Shown: piece after piece, positions 1 through 10,804 of the stretch
How positions within the stretch are numbered: position 1 is the stretch's first letter
Layout: each line of letters begins with the position of its first letter
Source of the DNA: Octopus sinensis
Taxonomy: Eukaryota
Assembly: GCF_006345805.1 (NCBI RefSeq)
Contig: NC_043005.1
Location: forward strand, 28,086,001 to 28,119,000
Length of the DNA: 33,000 nucleotides
Direction of reading: 5' to 3'
Program-made: the position numbers and the translations under genes
The notes under the pieces: model-generated
The model's input: the letters and a program-made list of their open reading frames with translations, nothing else
The model's database searches: none
What the model was told of the DNA's origin: nothing

Positions 1-160
1 TATGTGTCACCGTCTTCTACTATAAGCCCCGCACCAATCTAAGCCTTGTAAGTGGATTTTGTTGACGGAAACTGAAAGAAGCCCATTTTTGTACCTGTGT
101 TTGTCCCCCTCCACTGCTTGACCACTGGTGTTGGTTTCTTTAGGTCCTCATAACTTAGCG
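1..160 (+). mobile_element. tRNA-derived CORE-type SINE (family B, octopus OR-like), 5'/central part, interrupted by a TIR element
   Basis: gtcttctactat...aagccttgtaagtggatttt...gacggaaactgaaagaagccc...tttgtcccc...taacttagcg is collinear with the copies at 21588-22020 (-) and 32671-33000 (+). Confidence 0.8.
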
Positions 161-164
161 CGGA

Positions 165-701
165 AAGACTTCCACCCGTCCCCACCACATTTTCTCCCAA
201 ATTTGTTTATTAAAAATTTTTTTTTTTCCAAAAATCCCCGGAAAATTACCAAAAATCGGTATTGCCCCCCCCCCCCCATTCTAAGCCCCTCAACTTCTTC
301 AATTTTGACTTTTTTCCCCAACACTAACCCTAAAACCCTAATCCTAACACCCTAACCCTAAAACCGTAACTGTAAGTACAGAAATGTTTTGAAATTTTTG
401 TCCGAATCATAATGTCCATATTTTTCCGCATATTTAGAAAAAAAAAATTCTTAAAAAAAATTTTTTTTTAATTTTTGGAAAATTTTTTCAGAATCATAAT
501 CTCCGTATTTTTCTACATATTTTGAAAAAAGTGAAAAATGAAGGAAATGGAGGTGGGGGTGTTAATTTAGAAATGTCGATTTTCGGCAATTTTTTTGAAG
601 ATTCGTATTCCCCATAGCCGAAGGTGGGTGGGTTATGTCGAAAAAAGAAGAACAAAAACCTTTTTAATGGTGGTTTCTGGCGGGGGACGGGCGGAAGTCT
701 T
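165..701. mobile_element. Non-autonomous TIR element (MITE) with internal telomere-like (CCCTAA)-derived array
   Basis: Left end aagacttccacccgtcccc (165-) versus reverse complement of right end aagacttccgcccgtcccc (-701). Internal ctaaccctaaaaccctaatcctaacaccctaaccctaaaacc at about 324-365. It splits a SINE in two. Confidence 0.7.
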
Positions 702-850
702 GCCCTTCCGCCAAAAGGGACCGATAGAAAAAGGAACGGGCTTTAAAAGATAAAAAGTAGTGGGGTCGATTCTCTCAACTAAAAACCCTTCAAGGCGGTG
801 CCCCAGCATGGCCGAAGTCTAATGACTGAAACAAGTAAAAGAAATAAAGG
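702..850 (+). mobile_element. 3' part of the SINE family B copy interrupted by the MITE
   Basis: caaaagggaccgatagaa...ggggtcgatt...aaggcggtgccccagcatggccgaagtctaatgactgaaacaagtaaaagaaataaa matches the 3' end and tail of the copy at 21588-22020. Confidence 0.8.
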
Positions 851-1896
851 AAATTTATATGAAATAGAGAAAAGGGAAACATAGAAATAGATGAGAGAGA
901 GAAAGAAGGGGAAGAAGCAAATATAATTCAAGAGAAAGTGAGGGAGGAAAGAAAGAGAAAAAATGCAAATACTTAAACTTAAGCCAAATCTGGATTATCT
1001 ATAGTTGTGCTTGTTGATATTATTGCTTTATATCCGATTCTGAAAGTTAGTGAAATATTTCAGTGAGAGATTGCCAGAAAATCCTCTCAGGAAACTACTG
1101 AAATCTAGCGTAAGATAATATCTGATTATATTGAAGTAGGAAAGATTTCCGGTAGATTTAAAATGTCCGCTGATGTATTCAGTTGTAAACAATATTTTAT
1201 TTTATTTTTAATTTTGCAGAATATAGGGCGGAGTTTTGGAATAACTATCTCTACTTCATGAGGAAGATTAGAGCAAGGAGCTTGAAATCTCTTTTTGTTT
1301 TATCTTTACCTTTTTATAATTTTTTAGTATTCCTGTATATTGAACGAAAATTACGGTCCTCAGAGTTTTTTTCCACCCCCAAAAAATTTCAACTTTTTAT
1401 ATTTTGCTCTCCCAGTTCCGTGTCCTTTTTCACCATGAGGTATTGATAGCTATTTCAAAACTTCATTTTAAGTGTGTATTAAGATTTTATTAAGAAATTA
1501 TACGGTTAATTTCTTCAATTAAAATCGATTTCATCTTGAAAACTTACTGTGCACACATTTTTTACCTTCGTATGCTAGTTGTAAAAATGTGTGCGCCCAC
1601 ATCAACGCACAGCTTAAAGAGAACATGTGACAGGTATTAATTATGTATAGAGTTCTTACAAAGTATTTGTTGTATAAATCATATTTTATTGTGGTGATTG
1701 TATAGGATAGGTATTGCGTACAGAGAGCTTAATGAATTCTTGCGTAAGATGGGAGCTTGCCAAACGACTATCATTTGATTTTACGTAACGTGATCCCAGG
1801 TGTGGTTTCTGTGTTTTTGTTCATGTTTTGTCTTTTTTTTTTCGTCATTATTAGTACTCCAATTATAATTTGTACTATTTCCACATTTGTCCCATA

Positions 1897-2066
1897 TCCT
1901 ACTCGCAATACCAGAGGGCGCACACTCTCCTACCCTGATGTAATCTCCAGGGATACAGGCATCCAGCAACAGGACCTCCGTAATGCTATGATGGACCGTG
2001 AAGTCTGGCGTAACATAGTAAATTCCATTGTCTCGACCACGGTCGAACAATGATGATGATGATGAT
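1897..2066 (+). mobile_element. 5'-truncated RTE-clade LINE 3' end
   Basis: Encodes PTRNTRGRTLSYPDVISRDTGIQQQDLRNAMMDREVWRNIVNSIVSTTVEQ* (RTE C-terminal GR...D...DR..WR pattern), followed directly by a (GAT)n tail at 2050-2066. Confidence 0.85.
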
Positions 2067-2067
2067 A

Positions 2068-2390
2068 TATTTCAGTTTCGAGATCCTTGTTGCTTCTTCA
2101 CTTCCTTCCGGACAATATTCTGGTCAGAAGAGATCGAGATGTCTATCAGAATACAAACATTTTCATTCGAGATCTTGATAATTATATTCCTAATAAGCGA
2201 GGAAAGGAGTTTTGGGAGCATACATAGGACTCATCCTTATATATGGTTGTGTGACTTGAAGCGTCATCAGCCAAGCACAAGTTTATTAATGCTGGTCTTT
2301 GTTCTCAAAGGACGTCGATGTTTATTACCCTATATGTTGAGAATATATTTAGTATTCGTTTTAGGACCACCAAAAAGCTTCTCAGTAGAA
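2068..2390 (-). mobile_element. Degenerate R4/Dong-like (RLE-endonuclease) non-LTR retrotransposon fragment
   Basis: Minus translation of about 2200-2068 gives NIIIKISNENVCILIDISISSDQNIVRKEVKK, matching the RLE motif PDIV.KD...C.LID.SIP.D.N...KE.EK. The upstream part (to about 2390) is only weakly similar. Confidence 0.55.
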
Positions 2391-2651
2391 TAAGAAAACA
2401 AGCTCAGCTCATTCGATAAGAAGAAAAAGACTCGAGTATTTAGTGACAACAGGGAAACTGAAAGGAAGAACAAGCCAAGGAAGACAGAGAGAGAATATAC
2501 TCGATTGTATTACCAGCTGAGACCAGCCCAGTAACGGGCTAAATTGTGAGTGGCAAGAGGCTATGGGCGCCCATTATCGCTGACGCATGGAGGAGGAAGA
2601 GAAAGCAAGAAAGAGGGGAGGGAGAGGAGAGAGATGCTCTTCGGTAAATTT

Positions 2652-2866
2652 GTTGAGCTGACAGAATCTTTAGCATGCCAGGTAAAATGCATAGCAGCAT
2701 TTCATCCGTCTTTATGTTCTGAGTTCAAATTCTGCCGATGTCGATTCTTTGCCTTTCAGTTTTTCGAGGTTGATATAATAAGTATCAGTTGAGCACTGGG
2801 GTCGATGTGATCGACTTAACCCCTCCCCCGAAATTAATGGCTTCGTGCCAAAATTTGAAGTCATTG
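2652..2866 (+). mobile_element. tRNA-derived SINE (family A)
   Basis: A-box-like gagctgacagaatc, B-box gagttcaaattc, ggggtcgatgtgatcgacttaa, and 3' gtgccaaaatttgaa. Confidence 0.85.
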
Positions 2867-2868
2867 TT

Positions 2869-2995
2869 AAGGCGGTAAGCAGACCGAATCACTAGCACAC
2901 CGGGCAAAATGCTTAGCGGCATTTCATTCGTCTATACGCTTTGAGTTCATAATCCCACCGAGGTCGACTTTTCGGGGTCTCTGAAATGAGTACCA
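2869..2995 (+). mobile_element. SINE family A, second tandem copy, 3'-truncated
   Basis: aaggcggtaagcagaccgaatcactagcacaccgggcaaaatgcttagcgg...gagttcataatcccaccgaggtcgac. Confidence 0.8.
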
Positions 2996-3544
2996 ATCAA
3001 ATAATGGGGTCAATAAAATCAATTAGTCACCGCCACTAAAATTTCAGATTTTGCGCGTACAGTAAAAAGGATTATTTATCATCGTCACTGGAGTTACTAG
3101 TAAAAGCGTGTATTTTATGAGCTCGTGGGTTTCAGGAAAAATATTGGATTTCTTTGAAATTGAATGCTGTTCTTTGTTGTATTTATGTAAATGAGTTACG
3201 TAAGAAGGTGTGGAGTATTTCCAGTTGTTTTCTCCTCCACAAATAGAAAAATAACGTAACACTTGCTCAGGCGGACACGTTTGCAGAAATAAACATTTGC
3301 AGCTTAACACATGCAAGTAGTGAAAATCAAATTTTTAATAAGAGCATTGCGAGCGTCAAAAATCAAAATGAATCGCTGGACATAAGTTAGCTCAAGGAAG
3401 AAGGGGGGGAAATGGGAGAGATATGTTACAGGGTCTACTGTTTTCTTGCTTAATGAATATGTAGGGATCTAGCTTCACCCTGCCTGAGATTTGGGGCCAG
3501 GTCTACCTGCTTGTTGCTTGTCAGGGCGAGAGAGAAATCCCAAT

Positions 3545-3889
3545 TGTAGCGGCTAATGTTATGCTTTCGGTTGATATGTTGTAGCTGTCTACCAAATGTA
3601 GCGTGTAGATGTAATGCTTCAAGGTTCTCGCGTCGGAGTACCAGTAAACATGTTTATTCGTTTGCCAGATAAGTACTTAAAGAGACAGTAGCAATTCTAG
3701 CGATAGTGATAACAAGGTCGGCTCGCTGGTTAGTAGTTGATAGTGTAGAAAAAGGTAGTCTGTCAGTAGAGAGTGAAAGAATAAGGAATGCACGGTGCTG
3801 ACTCGAAAGGACAGAGGTGGCAGCGTCTTTCTTGCGACCGAGGAAAGTGCTGCTTTTGGTCATGGTGTTGCTCCTCGGTCTAACTGACA
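3545..3889 (-). mobile_element. Possible solo LTR
   Basis: On the minus strand it begins TGTCAG and ends CTACA, with AATAAA about 110 nt before the end and repeated ctaca motifs. Flanks caat/caaa are only a 3/4 TSD match. Confidence 0.3.
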
Positions 3890-4037
3890 CAAAAGAAGAA
3901 GAGACAGGAAATTATCTCGGTTATATAAACTATGGTCAGTAATGTAGGTCAAACCCTAAACAAAGGACTGACCTTTCCTTGACCAGCACAGGTCCTAGGG
4001 GGTCGAGTGTTTCCTCATCAATCATCTGGTGTGGAGA

Positions 4038-4300
4038 GGATTTCCCTCTCGCCCTGACAAGCAACAAGCAGGTAGACTTGGCCCCAAATCACAGGCAGGG
4101 TCGAGCTAGATCACTACAAATATCTCCAAAGACGAAATGGGAAGAAAGAGATAGAGATTTGCCTCTCGGAAAACGAAGGAAGTTTTATAAACCCACAAAA
4201 GAGCAGTTGGAAGAAGCCCTGAGCGAAGTATGGAAGGATATTTAATCCATCAACTCGGTTAAGACATACAGAAACATGTACCTAGTCTTTAGGACCGAAG
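4038..4300 (+). mobile_element. Possible retroelement ORF1/gag-like remnant
   Basis: RARSLQISPKTKWEERDRDLPLGKRRKFYKPTKEQLEEALSEVWKDI* looks protein-like but has no diagnostic motif. Its first 81 bp recur inverted at 3460-3540. Confidence 0.3.
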
Positions 4301-5292
4301 ACAGAAGGACTAGGGGCGGAGAATCGTCTTTAGTCATGCTTCTTTCTATTCAGATTTCAACCCCAGTGGTGTCAGCTTTGCTCATCCTTGTGAAATCAAT
4401 AGAATAAATACCAGTTACACATCAACTAAGTTTTATCATCTATACGTAACCCACTTGGTCCATAATTAGAAGTTATTAATATCTGGAAAAGGAATCTATG
4501 TTTCTCTAATTTGTTCATATTTTCTGAGAATATTCTGGAAGAGTTTTCTTTTTCTTTTTCTTTTTTTTTTTTTTGTAACTTATGTTTTCTTGTCTGTAAT
4601 CTACAGTTTCTCTTCTGTTTGTTTATTGAAAATGTAGGACTTGCATATATATTTGGGGAATTTGAAAGAAGAAAAAATTCTTATAAAACATGAAAGTACT
4701 TTAAACATTCATAACCAAATAACTCTCGTTTCCCTACTACCATTACTATTAAAAACATGCAAGTCTCATTGAATATAAATATACACAGAATATGTATACT
4801 GTTACACGCACACACATATGCACACGCACGCGCACATATCATATAAATCAGTGTAAATAAACATGTATAACTAACTACATCTCCATCACTAGATTGCCAA
4901 TTGCCTGCAATGCTGTAGGAAAATTATTTTTCCATAAATATCATTTTTCTTTCTTTTTAGTAAGCTGAAAAGAAAGCAAAAAATAAAGATACTTCGCCTT
5001 CGGGGATTAAAAATCCCAGTTAAATACAAAACAGGATGAGAAAGAACGTGATGAAATAAATATATTATCGTGATTTAGGATTTTTTTTAACGCAAAATAT
5101 TATTCACAGCCAAATTTAAACGTAATTTATTTGCACAAAAATATGTGGCGTGTATTTTTCTAGTTCGCTTTTCGTTAAATCTACATTACTCGTTTTACCA
5201 AACGGAATCCACTGAAGATTTGGTAGAAAGACATTTTCCAAAAGAACCGCGCACAGACATCGAACCCCAAATCAATACTTATTCTAAGTTTA

Positions 5293-5360
5293 TTACTTAT
5301 TCTATTGGACTCTGTTTGCTGAACCACTAAGTTACGGGGATGTAAACAAACCAACACTTG
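5293..5360 (-). mobile_element. SINE family B internal fragment
   Basis: tacttattctattggactctgtttgctgaaccactaagttacggggatgtaaacaaaccaacac matches 21690-21755. Confidence 0.75.
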
Positions 5361-5983
5361 TGAAACTGAGCAACAAATACGAACACAAAGACACACACAT
5401 GTGCATATTAAAACAAAAACTGAAATTTATGCTATTATCTTTAATTCTGTAGTCACAGTTGTTTCATATTATAACAATTCTGCTTGTTCCTTCGTTACTT
5501 AGCTCGTCCGCAACACTTTCACGTGATTAGTTGAAGGGAAAGGCGAAGCGTGAGAGAAAAAGAGGGAGAAAGAAAAAAGAGAGAGAAAAAGAGGGTAAGG
5601 CGACGAGTGAGAGAGGAAGAGGGAGAGTGCTGAGTATTAAGTCTATAAAATTGTGCATAAAGTATATAAAGTGCAATAAGTAATCATCGCATTCCAATTT
5701 CCTTCACTTTTCAATAAGTAGTAGATGAGCGACTATATTTTGATACAAACACAACACAGGCTACGGTTTCAGGTTTTTTTGGATAAAGTTCTCAGAGATA
5801 ACCCCAATAAGTTTACAATTAATTCCGTGAAATATTCACGGGTCCCACAAGTAAGCATAAATATAATAAACTTATGTTACATATATTGCAGACCTATATA
5901 TATACATAACCATACCAACGTAAACGTCTCTCTTGCGCGCCACATCCGATGGTTCTTATGTCTAACATTTCTCTCAGGGAGCT

Positions 5984-5989
5984 ATGTAT

Positions 5990-6029
<40 letters not shown>

Positions 6030-6051
6030 TATATATATTATATATATATAT

Positions 6052-6101
<50 letters not shown>

Positions 6102-6290
6102 TGTATGTATGCATGTATGTATATTTATATGTATGTATGTATGTGTATACATACATACATACATACATACATACATACATACTACATACATACATACATA
6201 CATACATACATGTATATATATACATACATACATACATACATGTATGTATGTATATATATATATACATGTATATATATACATACGCGCACG
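5984..6290. repeat. Compound microsatellite (TA)n/(TATG)n/(TACA)n
   Basis: Directly visible. It produces the YI/YVCM/YIHT ORFs. Confidence 0.97.
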
Positions 6291-6429
6291 TGCGTGGTTG
6301 CATGCGTGTGTGTTTACTCACAAACGCACACATATATACGACGGACTTCAGCATATTTTTTCTTTATTATTTATCTTTAATCTTCCTCCCTTGCTGAAAT
6401 ACTGACCGCACACAGAGAATATTTTCATG

Positions 6430-7055
6430 AACAATTTGGCAAGCTGATTCCCTGCTTCACCAGCGACAGCAGTTATTCCCATTGCTTATTTTTGGGGGCG
6501 GCGGGGAAGAAACTTTACACCGTTTGCCTTCCTCGGACCTCGTCGCGGCACTCGGCAGGTGAATCATATGCAACCTCCAAAATGTTGCAGTCGGCAAAAG
6601 TATTAGTGACAATGGTATCTTATATGGAAAACAGGTCATCCTGTTCAAACTTTCGCCATCACCGTAGTCCAGTTAAATCCGTGGGTATCAGTTTCGTAGA
6701 TAGGTCTACCAATACGAAAGACGATTTGTTAATACATTGTTGATTTCAGCATTCCAGGGTAATCTCCGGCACTGAAATGACGCAACTACATAACCTTCTA
6801 TATCGATCTCTAATACAACAACACTTTAACATTCGGCAAGAGTCCAATCTCGAAGAGTCACACCAATTTGGTAGGCACTGTTGTCCAGCTTTGATACCCT
6901 CAGTCTGGGACACGAGGAGGCAATTGAGCCAAATACCGTTCCGTAGTTGATGTGCAGCAGGCAACAGTGCCAGATTTTTCTCATTTGTGTATCTTGCAAG
7001 CAAAACACACTTCTCATGCTTCTCAATAACTCTCATCCCAAGATTCGTTGTTTCA
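6430..7055 (-). mobile_element. Highly decayed RTE-like LINE, RT C-terminal region
   Basis: Frameshifted minus-strand pieces GYQSWT, PNVKVL, QCRRLPW, G*PVF, DTI...CNILEVAYD...CRDEVR appear in the order of the RTE consensus YG.ETWT / PN.EVL / QRRLRW / GRP.LRYKD...NI...WE.A.DR..WR. Confidence 0.5.
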
Positions 7056-8445
7056 AAACACACACACACACACGTACACACTATCTATCTATATATTGAT
7101 TTAATAAATAGGTACCTAACTTACAAGGAAGATAGTGTATGGGGTGTTTGGGTGTTCATGCTTTTACTCAGACTGAAATTGGCTTTAAGTGAAAGTCCGA
7201 TGACTTCAAGTAAGAATAAAACGTTGTCATGGTCACTGCTCACTGAGAATTCAGTAAAGTTCCACATCGCTGGTTGTGTGATCGATAATTATATTAAATG
7301 TTGTGAATGTAGAGAACGTTTAACATTGTTACCAGCTATTTCATGAAGATTAATGGAACATGAAGGAAGAAATGGAGGTGGGTAAGACGTCTGCAGTGTC
7401 CCGATAGACAACTCAGTCAAAATCCCCAACAGTGAATCACTGTTTTGTCAGCTAGACATCTTTGCCAGATCATACTTCCAACAAGGCTATTGTTCATGAA
7501 TTTATCTAATAAAAATGCAAAAGGCCGCGAATTAACTTAAATATTGTGTTGCGAAATTTGGTTTTGGAAATTAAATTTGTGATAAACGGATTAAAAGTAA
7601 TGCTGAAAACAGTCACCAAGTAGCTATTAATTTTTAAGCTTTGTCAAATTATTTTCCATATTTGGATTTGCAGTTGGGATTATCAAACCCAAATTTACCC
7701 CTCGTTTTTTCGAAGCTGAGTCATGTTAAATAGATTCGGCAACCAGATTTGCTGAAAGTTCTGCATTCATAGATTGTATCATTTCTCGTTCGTTTTAATA
7801 AACAGGGGAACGTGAGATTTTGGTTTCTCAAATAAACTTAAAGGTCTCAGCTTTGTAGAAACGTGTTGGCGTTCATACCTTTTCCAAAAAACAAAAAAAA
7901 ATAACATTACCAACATCAATGAATTCGACTGAGAACCGGAAGTGACAAAATGAGTTTGTTGTATAAAAATGTCTCTACTCCATTTGTTGTATAAACAATA
8001 ACGAGATAATTCGGCACATATAAAAGAGATCTAGCTTCGTGTTGGGTTTATCTTTAAAGAAACCATCAACGTTGTTTAGATACAAATTAAGATAAGTTGT
8101 AATAGTTGAAGGTATGATGTTATGATTGTACCACATCATTGCCAAAGAAACTCACCACACACAAGACATTAAATATTTCACTAAACAGACACACCCTTAT
8201 AATTATGTTGCCATCTTTTCAATTAATTTAAGATGTTTAGTTCTATGAAGATTCCATATGTTTTATATACACGTATACGTGTGTGTGTATGTATGGTCTG
8301 GGTATGTGTGTATTTGTTTTTTAATGATTAAATATTAACATTGACGTAATGTTCGCCAAATTTGTAATTGTTTTACACATCTAACTCATAATCTCGCACC
8401 TATGGGTTATGATCATCATCATAGATATAACTAAGACCACCATTT

Positions 8446-8469
8446 CTACTAATAATACTGCTGCTGCTG

Positions 8470-8507
<38 letters not shown>
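8446..8507. repeat. (CTG)n/(CTA)n trinucleotide microsatellite
   Basis: Directly visible. Confidence 0.95.
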
Positions 8508-8508
<1 letters not shown>

Positions 8509-8642
8509 GCGTAAATCTTGTCAGTTAAATAATTTCTTTTCCATAGTATGGAAAAGTTTCCAGAATGGAGTTAAAGTCTGCCTGTGGGAGGGAAAGCTTT
8601 ATACTGTAGCTGGTTACCTTGGAAGAGTGGTGTTATAGATAC

Positions 8643-9175
8643 GGTGACGTTATGGACATCGCGACGTCATAGACACAAAGAGACGTTATAGTCACTGTGA
8701 CATCACACACAGTCTTCGTGACGTTATGGTCGCCGTCATAGTTAAAAATTTGTTTGGAGTGATCATATATTGTATCAATACGATAAAAGCAAACAGACGT
8801 TATAGAGATTATATTATCAGTGACATTGTAATGACAGTGACATTATTATCAATGATAGAAACGTTTCTGGACGTAGGAATCGCCGAGATATTGTTAGATT
8901 AAGAGCGACGTTAAAGTGACAATGACGTCACAATTTCGGAAACTCTTAAACGTCACACAGTGACGTCATAGTGAGAACGACGTTGCATTTTCAGTAACCT
9001 TACACATCACTCGGTGTGTTACAAGGACGGTGACATCACAATCTCAGAAATTTTCAGAGATATCACACTTTACAATGACAACTATTTTATAGGAATTCAT
9101 ATCACACAGGGGCGTTATTGTGACAGTGACGTCATAATCTCAGAATCTCGACAGACGTCACACTTTCAGTGACCA
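8643..9175. repeat. Degenerate minisatellite of about 20 GACGTCAY/GACGTTAT/GACATCAC cores with an approximately 100-bp higher-order unit
   Basis: Perfect TGACGTCA at 8923, 8961 and 9127. The unit gacrtcayaatytcrgaa...(cg/ta)tcacac starts at 8924, 9032 and 9128. Confidence 0.8.
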
Positions 9176-9973
9176 GCAATTTTACAGTCATATATATAAA
9201 CTGCGTTGTTGTTATTTAAATAATACAACGGTAAAAGTAATAATATATCAATGATATAGAGAGAGAAAAAAAGAGAGTGATTTCCATGAAGCAGTACGCC
9301 ATAAATCGATTCCAAATATTTATCGGGCTCTACAAATAGACTGAACGTGAAACACAGTTGGCAAAAGAAGGAAGGTAAGAGATTTCTCTTAAAGTTTTCT
9401 TTCTTTAAATTATAATGCAATAGAATTGGCAGCGGCTATTTTATTCATTCATTTCTCCTAAGTATATAAAGGTTATTTTCATTTAGTGTTTTTTAAAAAT
9501 ATTTTAAGTTATTTCACCTCTAAAATATGTACGACAGACTCTAATCTCCTATTCGGATGTTATATTTTGTAAAGAGCTAAGTTCAGGCATAGTATCTTTA
9601 TCTCCCCCTCCCTCCCTCCTCTCTCTCTCTCTATCTATCTATATGTATATGTATATATACACACACACGCGCACGTTTATGTATATATATTTAAATATAC
9701 ATGTATATAAGTAATATTTATAAGTAATAGAGTTGCTCAAGGTCTGAGAGTTTCGTGCGTTGGCACTTTTCAAACTCACAGGTTGAAAAACCTGTAGAGT
9801 TTATATACCTTGGTCACCAACTAAATATTAATAAAAATATACATATACTCATATTTTGACTTCTGTTTTTCCAGCTTGCATCAACATAGTTATATAAGAT
9901 GTGTGTGTATGCATGTATGCGTGCATGTGTGTATCTGTATATATGCTTATGTGTGTGCGCACTTGTGTGCCTA

Positions 9974-10154
9974 TGTTACGGGAAACCTCGCCGATTCTCT
10001 CAACCGGATCCCAATTCATTTTCCAATTGTTCCCATTTTATCTTAACTAACAAAAGACCTGGTTCTCCACCACCTTTCTCACCTCTTTCAAATTACCAGC
10101 TTAACTTTGTCATATAAACTGGGACACAAAGTTCATTCTTAACAGTTGGCGACC
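9974..10154 (+). mobile_element. Gypsy-type 5' LTR (about 171 bp) plus primer-binding site
   Basis: TGTTA...TAACA termini (9974-10144), TATAAA at about 10113, then gt TGGCGACC (10147-10154), complementary to an invertebrate tRNA-Arg(UCG) 3' end for 8 nt. Confidence 0.5.
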
Positions 10155-10241
10155 TGCACCCATCCAATCAATACGCCAATAGAGCTAGCTGTTCGTCCCT
10201 TTAACCCTGAGTCAAGCATCCCCAAGACTGAAGCTCTACAT

Positions 10242-10804
10242 CAGTAGTTCTCAGTCAGGGCCCATTGACGATTTTGCAGTTAAAGTTTATGTTAAATAAA
10301 GCTGGTTATATTTCTACAATACACAAACTATTTAAATATTTTTTTTATACAATAAGGTTGTGAGCTGGCAGGATCGTTAGCACGCCAGGCATTTCATCCG
10401 TTTTCATATTCTGAATTCCAATTGCGCCGAGGTCGACTTTTCCTCTCATCCTTTCGAGACCGATAAAATAAATACAAGTTGGGCACTAGGTCGATGTAAT
10501 CAACTCACCACACCCCTGAAATTGCTGGACTTGTGCCCAAATATGCCACCAGTATTTACTCATAAAAACATAAAAGTGTTTACACATCGAATGGCTCTGG
10601 GGGTCCCACCCCCGAGTCAAATAGGAATCAATGGGTCCGTGGACCCCTGGCAGTCCGTAAACTAGGGGTCGATGAATTAAATTCAAAATTTCATATATAT
10701 ATACATACATACATACATACATACATACATGCATACATAAGGATAAGCATATTAAAAGGAGTCCGTGGGAAAACTCATTTAAATAAAAGGATTGGGAACC
10801 ACTG
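10242..10804. mobile_element. hAT (Charlie-type) MITE with nested SINE and (TACA)n
   Basis: TIRs cagtagttctcagtc / cagtggttcccaatc (reverse complement of right end; 12/15). 8-bp TSD ctctacat (10234-10241) / ctctacac (10805-10812). Confidence 0.85.
10354..10555 (+). mobile_element. SINE family A nested in the hAT MITE
   Basis: aaggttgtgagctggcaggatcgttagcacgcc...gccgaggtcgactttt...aggtcgatgtaatc...tgctggacttgtgcccaaat. Confidence 0.85.

Noticed and set aside
324-366. True telomere or chromosome end
   Set aside because: The array is short, degenerate and enclosed by the TIRs of an element inside a SINE.
1220-1446. Possible exon after the strong acceptor ttttaattttgcag (YRAEFWNNYLYFMRKIRARS)
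   Set aside because: No credible donor, no recognisable protein similarity and no supporting neighbouring exons.
1492-1594. Two small hairpins (9-bp and 14-bp stems); similar one at 14608-14647
   Set aside because: The stems are driven by A/T runs and are plausible by chance in AT-rich DNA.
5725-6405. 226-aa ORF and overlapping ORFs (also 11063-11326, 17691-18148, 30443-31809)
   Set aside because: They are translations of TA/TACA/TG microsatellites (YI, YVCM, HT, CV repeats), which lack stop codons by construction.
7500-8100. Promoter-like CCGGAAGTG (ETS) motif with repeated tttgttgtataaa
   Set aside because: More likely part of an unclassified DNA-transposon end. No termini, TSD or transcript evidence could be established.
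8643-9175. CRISPR-like repeat-spacer array
   Set aside because: The cores are only 7-10 nt, degenerate and irregularly spaced, there are no cas genes, and the context is eukaryotic.
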